Source: Tubiluchus corallicola (lineage: Eukaryota > Animalia > Priapulida). Taken from it: a DNA stretch of 44,539 nt. A model generated the notes under the pieces. That model saw only the letters and a program-made list of their open reading frames with translations. It was not told the origin of the DNA and made no database searches. A program made the translations under genes and the position numbers. The DNA is taken from assembly GCA_030141605.1 (NCBI GenBank), contig JAQGDQ010002428.1, positions 1-44,539 on the forward strand. The letters are read 5' to 3'. The stretch's first letter is position 1. Every line of letters begins with the position of its first letter. Shown here piece by piece: positions 7,457-17,932 of the stretch.

Positions 7457-10351
7457 TTATCGTTTATTACAAATGTTCGTATAAGAACAGTAGAGGCAAT
7501 TTTCTGTAATTGTAGTTTGAGAAAAAGGTATTTTTGTATTAAACATTTCTTGTAATAATGTCGTTAAATAACCTTCAAACTCTGGCAATAGTGGCTTTAG
7601 GTCATTAATTTTATATTTATTTAATACCACTGAAGGGTCAAAGTTTTTTTGAAAAATTCCCTTTTTTAAATTCATAAGCCCAGCAATAAGATTTTTGTTT
7701 GTCAAGTCACGCGCCTTTCTTACAAGCAAAGCATAAACAAATATTTGAAAAACAGCTTTATTTCTTTTTCCTACAATTTTCTCCCTTTCAAAAAGCTGCC
7801 CAATAGATTGAATGTTTCTTATGTCCTGCCCTGATTTATAATCAATAATTCTTACTTGGCCCTCTTTTTCATCTATTCTATCTATAATCCCTTTAATTCC
7901 TACTTCCATTTTTTGTTGAGCCGTGGCAATGGGGAAATTAATCCAATAACCTTTTTTATCGTTGGCTTCCAATCCAAGAATTTGAAAAGGTGTATGTTTT
8001 TTATCCAACTCTAAAATTTTAGAAACAATAGAGCTCAGCACCTCTTTTATTAAAACATTTTTTCCTGTATACTCAAATGTTTCATCCTCGCTCTCACAAC
8101 TAAACTCCCTTCTAAAAGCCTCCTCAATAGCATTATCTATGTTTTTTTCAATATTCTCAATATCCTTGACATTTACCAATAATTGATCATCAGCCTCAAA
8201 TTTTTTATATAAAAATTCTAATGTATAATGTAATAAATTTCCAAGAAGCCTTGCATCCACCTCTTCTTTCACTTCCTCCTGCTCGTATAAATCCTCAATA
8301 TATCTAAAATAAAATTTCAAACTACAATCCAAATAATAATTTAAAGATGAAGGCGTTAATCTCTTTTCAAAACCTTTTACATTAGTATACCGAAGCAACT
8401 TTTTCATCACTGCATCACTTTTCTCTACTCGTATCGGCAACGAACTATCTATCATAACATTCTGCAAAGCCACCTTTGATACAATAGGTATTTTTGTATC
8501 AAATTTTAACTGCTTGATATATCTACTTGGTTCGCTTGATAAATCTCTGGCGTCTACATTGTTATAATAAATAAAAACATTTTTACTGCTTTGAATCAAC
8601 CTATAAAACAAATATGAATATATATTATCCCGTTGATCAAATGTAGGTAAGCCAAAATGTTTTCTTATACTATATGGTATAAAGGAAGAATCATGTTTTG
8701 CTGGAGGAAGAATACCTTCGTTGGCAGCAAGTATAAAAATATTTTCAAAATTTATATTTTGAGTTTCCATAAGCCCCATTATTTGTATACCTTCAAGCGG
8801 CTCTCCTTCAAATGGTATTCGTTCAGTATAAAGAATTTGTTTTAATAATTTAAAGAACGAAAAGAATTCAATTTCTCGCAAACCCTCTGTTTGTTCAACT
8901 ATAAACGATTTTACCCTATTGAGTATCAAATATATATAATAAATAAACTCATGCTCCATACCAGAATTTGCACCTTCATGTTCTTCTTTTTCACCAAAGT
9001 ATTGCAAAATTTCCTGTAAATAGTCTATTAGCTCCTCCGCTTTTTCCACTCTCCTAAAAAGTATTTTAAAAAATGAATCTTGTAATACTTCATACTTCAA
9101 AGGATTAATATATATCTTGTTATTCTTCTGTATAACAGTAACCAATTGGTTAATTTCTTCCGAAAATATATTCAAAAATGGGTGCTTCAATAGGGCTAAC
9201 AAAGGTCTATGATAAAAAATATTATTTTTTTTGCTTGACTGTTGTAAGTAAATGATATTTTCTATTAAAGTATACGTCAATGATTGACTGACAGGAACCC
9301 CCATTGTAATATTTAGTTGGTCTATCTTTTGGGGTATCATTTGAAGAACAGGAAAAAGTAACACTTCATTTAACAAAACAATTGCTGTTTTTTCATTTAC
9401 AACATTCTCTTTTGAGTTGTTTTTGATAAATTCCAAAAAGCCATATCCAAATGCTTGCGTTTGACCTATATTTAAGCTCCCTCCTATTGTAGTAATGCTC
9501 TTTTTATCCTCTTTAAACGCATTATTATAAGAGTGTTGAAAAGTTTTACCTAATATTTTATGATTATTTTTGAGTTCTCTAAAAAAACTTCCCGCCTCAT
9601 GTTTTTCATCAAGAAAATAGTGATCATCCAAATCCCAATATATTTCCGCAATATCATTTTCAACAAAAAAAGAAATGATTTTTTGCTCTGATGATGTAAG
9701 TACATTAAATCCCGCAAAAATAACCTTTTCGTACTTTGACTTATTCCAGCACTGTTCAATATTGTTTGCCATTTCTCTATACAGCATACCTTCCGAGCAC
9801 ATGCCTTCTTCACATAATTGCTTCTTAAACAAAAAATAAACATTGCTAAGCTCTCGCCATATTTTAATAAATTTTTCTTGTTGATACGAAAAATCATCAT
9901 TGAATGCCTTTTTCCAAAATATTTGTATAAGTTTTTTCTGTGTCTCTGTAAGATAGTCCGTTGCTTCCAACTCTTTCCAGTTGTACAAATTTTCAAATAT
10001 TACTTTTGGGTCTATTAAGTGTTTGTCTATTTCATTAAAATCTTTCAATAAAATACTGCCCCAAGAATAAAACTTATCAAACTCTTCGGATGTGATTTTT
10101 TTTTGCTTAAAAATTTGATACAGCTTATAACTTGAATAAAGACTATTGCATACAGGAGTGTTAGACAACTCTTTTATAAATTCTGGCATAGAAAAAATGC
10201 CCGGAGACCAAATAGGTTGATTGAGCTTTCTAGAGAGTTGTTTCTTAAAAAATAATCCTGTTCTTTTGTTAGGAAAAACTATTGCCAACTTCTCATGGTA
10301 ATGTTTATGTTTTTGCAAAATAACCTCTACTATTTTACACAAAAATGACAT
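7457..10351 (-). CDS. PD-(D/E)XK nuclease family protein, AddB/RexB-like (inactive-helicase-like N-terminus plus C-terminal nuclease)
   Basis: IVFPNKRTGLF N-terminus, GEPLEGIQIMGLMET, TPSSLNYYLDCSLKFY, GIIDRIDE...IIDYKSG, C-terminal CLYCSYTNIC. Confidence 0.85.
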   Translation of the reverse strand: MSFLCKIVEVILQKHKHYHEKLAIVFPNKRTGLFFKKQLSRKLNQPIWSPGIFSMPEFIKELSNTPVCNSLYSSYKLYQIFKQKKITSEEFDKFYSWGSILLKDFNEIDKHLIDPKVIFENLYNWKELEATDYLTETQKKLIQIFWKKAFNDDFSYQQEKFIKIWRELSNVYFLFKKQLCEEGMCSEGMLYREMANNIEQCWNKSKYEKVIFAGFNVLTSSEQKIISFFVENDIAEIYWDLDDHYFLDEKHEAGSFFRELKNNHKILGKTFQHSYNNAFKEDKKSITTIGGSLNIGQTQAFGYGFLEFIKNNSKENVVNEKTAIVLLNEVLLFPVLQMIPQKIDQLNITMGVPVSQSLTYTLIENIIYLQQSSKKNNIFYHRPLLALLKHPFLNIFSEEINQLVTVIQKNNKIYINPLKYEVLQDSFFKILFRRVEKAEELIDYLQEILQYFGEKEEHEGANSGMEHEFIYYIYLILNRVKSFIVEQTEGLREIEFFSFFKLLKQILYTERIPFEGEPLEGIQIMGLMETQNINFENIFILAANEGILPPAKHDSSFIPYSIRKHFGLPTFDQRDNIYSYLFYRLIQSSKNVFIYYNNVDARDLSSEPSRYIKQLKFDTKIPIVSKVALQNVMIDSSLPIRVEKSDAVMKKLLRYTNVKGFEKRLTPSSLNYYLDCSLKFYFRYIEDLYEQEEVKEEVDARLLGNLLHYTLEFLYKKFEADDQLLVNVKDIENIEKNIDNAIEEAFRREFSCESEDETFEYTGKNVLIKEVLSSIVSKILELDKKHTPFQILGLEANDKKGYWINFPIATAQQKMEVGIKGIIDRIDEKEGQVRIIDYKSGQDIRNIQSIGQLFEREKIVGKRNKAVFQIFVYALLVRKARDLTNKNLIAGLMNLKKGIFQKNFDPSVVLNKYKINDLKPLLPEFEGYLTTLLQEMFNTKIPFSQTTITENCLYCSYTNICNKR

Positions 10352-10614
10352 TACTTAAATTTGCTTTCTTACTTTTGACTATAAATAATTACCTCTAATG
10401 AATAACAGCAATGTACAACTTTTTGTCAAAAACAACAAAATAAGTCCAAAAAATTATATAATTTACCGAAAAACATCGAAGTGATAAAAAATTAAAAATA
10501 ACACTTGAAATAAAAAAATTAATTTTTTCGTTTTGTTTTGTAAAAGTAAACAGAAATATGTTTCTTTGCACTTTATGAATACAAATTAAACTTATTTAAA
10601 AAACTAAAAACGTT

Positions 10615-10857
10615 ATGAATTCACAAGATATCAAGGAAAAAGTAACAAAAATTGTAGTCGAAAAACTTAACGTAGACAAATCAGAAGTGACCAACGAAGC
10701 AAGCTATTTAAATGATTTAGGTGCAGATTCGTTAGACATTGTAGAGCTTGTTATGGAATTTGAGAAAGAATTTGGAATTTCTATTCCAGATGAAGAAGCA
10801 GAAAACATCACTACAATAGGTCAAACAATAGAGTATATAGAAAAGAACCTAAAATAA
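10615..10857 (+). CDS. acpP: Acyl carrier protein
   Basis: [20 protein letters not shown] phosphopantetheine motif. Confidence 0.98.
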   Translation: MNSQDIKEKVTKIVVEKLNVDKSEVTNEASYLNDLGADSLDIVELVMEFEKEFGISIPDEEAENITTIGQTIEYIEKNLK

Positions 10858-10889
10858 TAACTTATATAAAAATCTTAAACCCATTCTAA

Positions 10890-12140
10890 ATGCAACTAAA
10901 AAGAGTTGTTGTTACAGGAATTGGAGCACTTACCCCCATAGGTAACAATGTGAAAGAATATTGGGAAGGGTTATCTAAGGGTAAAAGCGGTGCTGGATAT
11001 ATTACAAAGTTTGATCCAAAAGGGCACCGAACCATGTTTGCCTGTGAACTAAAAGATTTTAATATAGATGAACATCTAGATAGAAAAGACTCTAGAAAGA
11101 TGGATCTATTTACCCAATACGGCATGGTTTCTACTATAGAAGCTATGCAAGATTCTGCTATAAACCCAAGCAACATCAACCTTGACCGAGTAGGGGTTAT
11201 TTGGGGATCTGGGGTAGGTGGATTAAAAACCCTACAAGAAGAACTTCTAAAATTCTATAACGATAGAGAAAATCCAAAAATAAGCCCTTATTTTATTCCT
11301 AAGATGATAACTGATATTGTGGCAGGATTTATCTCTATCAAATATGGGTTTAGAGGTCCTAATTTTTGCACAACATCCGCATGCGGGTCCTCCTCTAATG
11401 CCCTCATTGACGCCTATAATTATATTCGCCTAAACAAAGCGGATATCATTGTTGCTGGAGGGTCAGAAATGACAATATTAGAGTGTGGAATTGGTGGATT
11501 TAACTCCATCAGAGCACTTTCGGAAAGAAATGATTCGCCTGAAACGGCTTCTAGACCCTTTGACAAAAATAGAGATGGCTTTGTAATGGGAGAAGGAGCT
11601 GGCACAATTATACTTGAAGAGTATGAGCATGCCATAAAAAGAGGAGCAAAAATATACGCAGAATTCAAAGGCGGAGGCATGTCAGCAGATGCTTATCACA
11701 TTACAGCCCCACATCCACAAGGCATAGGAGCAAGAAATGTTATGATAAATGCACTTAATGATATGAACATGAAGGCTTCGGACATTGATTATATCAATGT
11801 ACATGGTACTTCTACTCCACTTGGCGATATATCTGAAGCAAAGGCAATAGGAGAAGTCTTTAACGACGATGCTTATAAATTAAATATTAGCTCCACAAAA
11901 TCAATGACAGGACATTTGCTGGGAGCTGCCGGAGTAGTAGAGGCAATAGCATCCATTTTAGCTATTCAACATAGCATTGTCCCCCCTACTATTAATCATT
12001 TTACAGATGATAAACAAATAGATAAAAAACTTAACTTTACCTTCAATGAAGCCCAAGCAAAAAAGATAGATACTGTAATGAGTAATACATTCGGTTTTGG
12101 AGGACATAATTTCTCTATCATATTTTCTAAGCTTAAATAG
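10890..12140 (+). CDS. fabF: Beta-ketoacyl-ACP synthase II
   Basis: RVVVTGIG, TSAC (catalytic Cys), HGTST, KSMTGHLLGAAG, NTFGFGGHN; follows acpP. Confidence 0.97.
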   Translation: MQLKRVVVTGIGALTPIGNNVKEYWEGLSKGKSGAGYITKFDPKGHRTMFACELKDFNIDEHLDRKDSRKMDLFTQYGMVSTIEAMQDSAINPSNINLDRVGVIWGSGVGGLKTLQEELLKFYNDRENPKISPYFIPKMITDIVAGFISIKYGFRGPNFCTTSACGSSSNALIDAYNYIRLNKADIIVAGGSEMTILECGIGGFNSIRALSERNDSPETASRPFDKNRDGFVMGEGAGTIILEEYEHAIKRGAKIYAEFKGGGMSADAYHITAPHPQGIGARNVMINALNDMNMKASDIDYINVHGTSTPLGDISEAKAIGEVFNDDAYKLNISSTKSMTGHLLGAAGVVEAIASILAIQHSIVPPTINHFTDDKQIDKKLNFTFNEAQAKKIDTVMSNTFGFGGHNFSIIFSKLK

Positions 12141-12350
12141 TTGACGCTTCTAACAAAAAAGAACTTTATTCCAATCAGAAAACATAAGAAATAAGATAAG
12201 CTCCTCGTTATATTTATTAAAATTTTGTAGAGAAAAAGCCAAAATATTGACTTATGTAAGCTCTCTACCCTACACAAACCCCTTGCAAAGCCCAAACAAT
12301 AGCAGAAAGCGCCTATAAATTGTTAGTTGCCAATTATATATAGCAAATTT
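12141..12350 (+). pseudogene. rnc: Probable degraded 5' remnant of ribonuclease III
   Basis: TTG directly after the fabF stop; the frame reads LTLLTKKNFIPIRKHKK*DKLLVIFIKIL*RKSQNIDLCKLSTLHKPLAK, and a shifted frame gives NFVEKKP. This resembles the Cytophagales RNase III N-terminus as I recall it (DKxLxxxIKNIVGxKPxNxxLYKLAxxHxSxAK). It occupies the usual acpP-fabF-rnc position. No ERLEFLGD signature remains. Confidence 0.6.
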
Positions 12351-12450
12351 GTTGTTTCATTTTTTTTGATTAACAGCATAACTCTTAAACCAGCAAAAAT
12401 AGAATTTATTAGAATTATTCTTTTTTGTAAAAACTTTAATAGTTATATTT

Positions 12451-12458
12451 TAACTTTG
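12451..12458 (+). promoter_or_regulatory. Putative -7 promoter element for the thiC operon
   Basis: TAACTTTG with 46 nt to the ATG at 12505; TTTG at 12424-12427 upstream. Confidence 0.5.
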
Positions 12459-12489
12459 CAATTGATTAACATAAACTAATTTGAGTTGA

Positions 12490-14313
<1,824 letters not shown>

Positions 14314-14320
14314 ATAAAAA

Positions 14321-14953
14321 ATGATAATACACGTTGTAAGTTCTCTCAATTATCTGCCCAATGAAGGTGCAATTATTAACCAACTATTTGAAGAAGGGTT
14401 AGATTTTTTCAATATTAAAAAGTCGGAATGCAACAATACAGAACCGTTAGAAGAGTTGTTACAGAAGATAAACCCCGCTTTTTACAAAAAATTATTTCTA
14501 CATCATAACTTTGATATTGCAAAAAAACACCAATTGGCAGGATTTCATTTTAGTGAAAAAAATAGAAAACAAATTCCTCTAAAACAAATAAAAATTTTAA
14601 AACAACATTATAGCAATTACAGCATAGGGACTGCTGTACACACATATCAAGCATTAAATCAATGTGTTGACAAATTTGATTATGTTTTTTGTAGCCCTAT
14701 TTTTCCAAGCATATCAAAACAAAATTATAAACCTTGCTTTAGTTGGAACATAAGAAAGATAGCTCCACAAAAGACAGTTACAAAAAAAATAGCCCTTGGA
14801 GGAATTATCCCACAAAATGTATCAAGAGTAAAACAAAAAGGATTTGATGGCGTAGCAGTATTAGGAGCTATTTGGGAGCAAAAAGAAAACAAAAGAATAA
14901 GTGTATTCAAAAACATATATAAGATATGCAAGGCAAAAGAAAATATGCTTTAA
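14321..14953 (+). CDS. Thiamine-phosphate synthase family (ThiE/TenI-like) protein
   Basis: DYVFCSPIFPSISKQNY, IALGGI, GFDGVAVLGAIW; lies between thiC and thiD. Confidence 0.85.
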   Translation: MIIHVVSSLNYLPNEGAIINQLFEEGLDFFNIKKSECNNTEPLEELLQKINPAFYKKLFLHHNFDIAKKHQLAGFHFSEKNRKQIPLKQIKILKQHYSNYSIGTAVHTYQALNQCVDKFDYVFCSPIFPSISKQNYKPCFSWNIRKIAPQKTVTKKIALGGIIPQNVSRVKQKGFDGVAVLGAIWEQKENKRISVFKNIYKICKAKENML

Positions 14954-15681
14954 GCATTGCAGGATATGATCCATCAGCAGGAGCTGGCGTATTGGCAGAC
15001 ATAAAAACATTTGAAGCACATAAAATTTTAGGGTTGGCGGTATGCTCTTCACAATCTGTGCAAAATGAAGTTGTTTGCAAAAAAATTACTTGGCAAAAAT
15101 TTAGCTTAATCCAAGAACAGATAGATATTCTATTTGAAAAGCACAAAATAAAGTATTGCAAAATAGGGCTAATTGAGAGTCAAGAAATGCTGGAACAAAC
15201 AGTAAATAGATTGTTATGGCATAACAAAAATATCAAAATAATTTTTGATCCTATTTTATCCACTTCATCAGGGTATAATATTCATTCATCTTTCTCTATT
15301 GACTCATTATCAGAGGTGCTGAAAAAGATATATTTATTTACTCCAAACTATGATGAAATGAAAATTTTAGCACAAAGTAGCGACATAGAGGGTGCTTTTA
15401 TGGAAAAAATAAGCAAAACAGTTAATGTTTTTTTAAAGGGAGGGCACAACCCAAATACACCATACAAAGACTATTTATACACGAATAAAAAAGAATACCC
15501 ATTCAGAGCAAGAACAGTGTCAAAATACCCCAAACATGGCTCTGGTTGTGTATTATCAGCTGCTATTACTGCCAACCTCGCCAAAGGTTTTCCCCTAATA
15601 AAAGCATGCCTTAAAGCCAAGCAATATACTGAGTGGCATATCAATAGTAATGCAACACTACTGGGATATCATAAATTTTAA
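14926..15681 (+). CDS. thiD: Hydroxymethylpyrimidine/phosphomethylpyrimidine kinase
   Basis: LSIAGYDPSAGAGVLADIKTF, DPILSTSSG, TPNYDE, LKGGH, KHGSGCVLSAAI. Confidence 0.93.
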   Translation: MQGKRKYALSIAGYDPSAGAGVLADIKTFEAHKILGLAVCSSQSVQNEVVCKKITWQKFSLIQEQIDILFEKHKIKYCKIGLIESQEMLEQTVNRLLWHNKNIKIIFDPILSTSSGYNIHSSFSIDSLSEVLKKIYLFTPNYDEMKILAQSSDIEGAFMEKISKTVNVFLKGGHNPNTPYKDYLYTNKKEYPFRARTVSKYPKHGSGCVLSAAITANLAKGFPLIKACLKAKQYTEWHINSNATLLGYHKF

Positions 15682-15702
15682 TGTAAAAAAATACATTTTT
15701 AC

Positions 15703-15733
15703 TTGACTTTTTCAAAAAAATACCTTACACTTG
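15703..15733 (+). promoter_or_regulatory. Putative promoter of the downstream ncRNA
   Basis: TTGACT-17 nt-TACACT; TACACTTG (15726-15733) is also a near match to TAnnTTTG. The predicted start (~15738-15740) coincides with the 5' end of the closing stem. Confidence 0.6.
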
Positions 15734-15737
15734 TTAT

Positions 15738-15936
15738 TGCCATAGAAGTTCCTTAGACGGTTTTTCAAACCTAACACTTAGTAAAAACCGAGTGATGTTT
15801 GTTGTTGAAACCAGACTTCAGCTCTAATGAGCCATTATGATTCATAATGTTAACAGTAGGAGGTTGAGATAATAAAACAGCTCAAATCCTGAAATTTAGG
15901 GTTTGATAAAACTCAACGCACGAAGCTTCTATGGCA
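15738..15936 (+). ncRNA. ssrS: 6S RNA-like structured RNA (Bacteroidota type)
   Basis: 199-nt rod: closing stem 15739-15750/15924-15935; helix 15759-15774/15896-15913; central bubble 15775-15789 opposite 15884-15895; helix 15790-15812/15862-15883; apical hairpins GCTC-taat-GAGC and CATTATGA-t-TCATAATG. G-U pairs favour the + strand; followed by TTTT. Confidence 0.72.
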
Positions 15937-16074
15937 TTTTACATCTCTGCAAAATATCAATCAAAAAAACTAACTATTCAGAATGCTTTGTGGTATATAA
16001 AGCAAAATTGGCAACACAATTGAAGTTAAATAAAAAGTTTATCTCGTTGTTGCTTTTGTTTTTTTGAAGGAATT

Positions 16075-16147
16075 TGTGCATAACTTTGTTAATAATCATT
16101 TTCCTTTGTAGAAAACAATGTGATTAAAGAGAAAAAATAGTGGATAG
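16075..16147. promoter_or_regulatory. Array of co-oriented DnaA-box-like 9-mers upstream of dnaB
   Basis: TGTGCATAA 16075 (perfect reverse complement of TTATNCACA), TGTTAATAA 16087, TGTAGAAAA 16107, TGTGATTAA 16119, AGTGGATAG 16139; start spacings 12/20/12/20. Confidence 0.55.
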
Positions 16148-16196
16148 TAAAATTATAATTTATTGAACTGTTTTTTCATCTCAACACAACAATTTA

Positions 16197-16204
16197 TAAC
16201 TTTG
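16197..16204 (+). promoter_or_regulatory. Putative -7 promoter element for dnaB
   Basis: TAACTTTG about 50 nt upstream of the likely ATG at 16256. Confidence 0.45.
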
Positions 16205-16255
16205 TATTATAGTATTCATATTTTCGGTACATACTCTACGAAAAACAACATAAAC

Positions 16256-17881
16256 ATGCAGAATATTTCAACAGATAAAAAGCCAATTTCTAAAAAGCCA
16301 CAATACAGAATGGCTTCACCAAATCCGACAGGAAAAATACCTCCACAAAACACAGAAATAGAAGAAGCTATATTAGGTGCGCTAATGTTGGAAAAAGAGG
16401 CACTTAATAGCGTCATAGAAATATTAAAACCCGCAAGCTTTTACAAAGACGCTCATCAAGAGATATACACTGCTATTTTAGAGTTGTTTAATGCATTGCA
16501 ACCTGTTGACATACTCACTGTAACAAATCAACTTCGCAAAAAAGGAGTGTTAGAAATTGTCGGAGGAGCTTATTACATTACCGAACTAACCTCCAAGGTG
16601 AGTTCAGCAGCAAATATAGAGTTCCATGCTCGCGCTATTGTAGAACTATCTATAAAGCGCGAATTGATAAGTGTTGCAGGCGACGTGTTAACAGAAGCAT
16701 TTGAAGATTCATCTGATTCATTTAAGTTATTAGACAAAACCGAACAATCTTTATTTGATATTGCAGACCTTAATATCAAAAAAGATTACTCCAAAGTACA
16801 AATGATAATGGGCGATGCACTCAAAGAGTTAGAAGAAAAGCGAAGTAGAAAGGATGGATTGGTAGGTATAGGGAGTGGATTTAGTGAATTGGATCGAATT
16901 ACATCAGGATGGCAAAAATCAGAATTAGTGATTATAGCAGCAAGACCTGGTATGGGAAAAACTGCCTTTGTGCTTTCAACATTAAGAAACGCTGCCATCA
17001 TGTTTAAAAAACCTGTAGCAATGTTCTCTTTAGAAATGTCCTCTGTGCAGCTTATCAATAGAATGATGTCGTCAGAAGCAGAGATATTGAACGAAAAATT
17101 AAGAAAAGGAGAGCTAGAAGAACATGAATGGAAACAATTGTTGGCAAAAACTGCCGAACTCTCGCAAGCTCCAATCTATATAGATGACACCCCCGCATTA
17201 ACAGTTTTTGAACTAAGAGCTAAATGTAGAAAGTTAGTCGCACAACACCAAGTGGAGCTTATTGTAATTGACTACTTACAATTAATGTCTGGAGACAATA
17301 GCCTTTCTAGCGGCGTTCAAAAAGGAAATAGAGAGCAAGAAATAGCAGCCATTTCAAGAGCATTAAAAAATATTGCTAAAGAGCTAAATGTTGCAGTAAT
17401 TGCCCTATCTCAATTGAGCCGTGCCGTAGAGATAAGGGGTGGCGAAAAAAGACCACAGTTATCAGATTTAAGAGAGTCTGGCTCAATAGAACAGGATGCT
17501 GACATGGTAATGTTCTTGTATAGACCTGAATATTATGGAATTGATCAATCTGAGGAATCTGAGGAATCCAATAAGGGGCTTGCAGAAGTAATTATTGCTA
17601 AACATAGAAACGGAAGTATAGGTACTGTTAATTTAAGATTTATTGGGCAATATACCAAGTTTGAAGAGTATGACAATGCATTTATAACAAACCAAAATTA
17701 CAGCAACACCTCAAACCACTCTGCGCTTACCAATGAGAGTAGCATAAGAGATTTTGAAAAACAAAATCAAGTAACCAATAGAATTATTCCAAGTAAAACT
17801 AATAAAAAAAGCACACAGGCCCCCCCTCCACCTCCTCCATCGCAAAATACAGATCCTAATAATGATTCTGTGCCATTTTAA
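16256..17881 (+). CDS. dnaB: Replicative DNA helicase
   Basis: PPQNTEIEEAILG, IIAARPGMGKT (Walker A), IVIDYLQLM, LSQLSRAVE, DLRESGSIEQDAD, IAKHRNG. Start moved from the track's TTG at 16163 to the ATG at 16256. No intein. Confidence 0.97.
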   Translation: MQNISTDKKPISKKPQYRMASPNPTGKIPPQNTEIEEAILGALMLEKEALNSVIEILKPASFYKDAHQEIYTAILELFNALQPVDILTVTNQLRKKGVLEIVGGAYYITELTSKVSSAANIEFHARAIVELSIKRELISVAGDVLTEAFEDSSDSFKLLDKTEQSLFDIADLNIKKDYSKVQMIMGDALKELEEKRSRKDGLVGIGSGFSELDRITSGWQKSELVIIAARPGMGKTAFVLSTLRNAAIMFKKPVAMFSLEMSSVQLINRMMSSEAEILNEKLRKGELEEHEWKQLLAKTAELSQAPIYIDDTPALTVFELRAKCRKLVAQHQVELIVIDYLQLMSGDNSLSSGVQKGNREQEIAAISRALKNIAKELNVAVIALSQLSRAVEIRGGEKRPQLSDLRESGSIEQDADMVMFLYRPEYYGIDQSEESEESNKGLAEVIIAKHRNGSIGTVNLRFIGQYTKFEEYDNAFITNQNYSNTSNHSALTNESSIRDFEKQNQVTNRIIPSKTNKKSTQAPPPPPPSQNTDPNNDSVPF

Positions 17882-17889
17882 AAATGTAA

Positions 17890-17913
17890 AATGGCATGGA
17901 ATGTCATGCCATT
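17890..17913. terminator. Hairpin between convergent dnaB and O-methyltransferase genes (likely bidirectional terminator)
   Basis: AATGGCATGG-aatg-TCATGCCATT with A/T-rich flanks. Confidence 0.65.
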
Positions 17914-17932
17914 AAACTTCTTTTATATTTAT

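Noticed and set aside
9550-9996. 148-aa same-strand alternative-frame ORF inside the AddB-like gene
   Set aside because: Fully nested, K/L/I-rich composition typical of shifted AT-rich frames, no motif; the main frame is uninterrupted.
7457-10351. PD-(D/E)XK protein as Cas4 or a defence nuclease
   Set aside because: 964-aa AddB-like architecture; no CRISPR repeats, cas genes or defence-type neighbours.
10352-10614. 263-bp AT-rich gap before acpP, including palindrome AAAAAATTAATTTTTT
   Set aside because: Low-complexity divergent promoter region; no convincing RNA structure or gene remnant found.
11996-12295. 99-aa minus-strand ORF over the fabF end and downstream gap
   Set aside because: Overlaps fabF antisense with no recognisable protein features; the plus-strand rnc-remnant reading explains the region better.
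15738-15936. Structured RNA as retron msr/msd, IscB omega/HEARO RNA, tracrRNA or TPP riboswitch
   Set aside because: No reverse transcriptase, IscB/TnpB or Cas gene nearby and no TPP core motifs; only a short GTTG..ACCAGACT resemblance to HEARO. The rod with central bubble fits 6S better.
17547-17568. 9-bp tandem repeat (AATCTGAGG x2.4) in dnaB
   Set aside because: In-frame micro-duplication in a variable acidic loop (SEESEES); too short to imply function.
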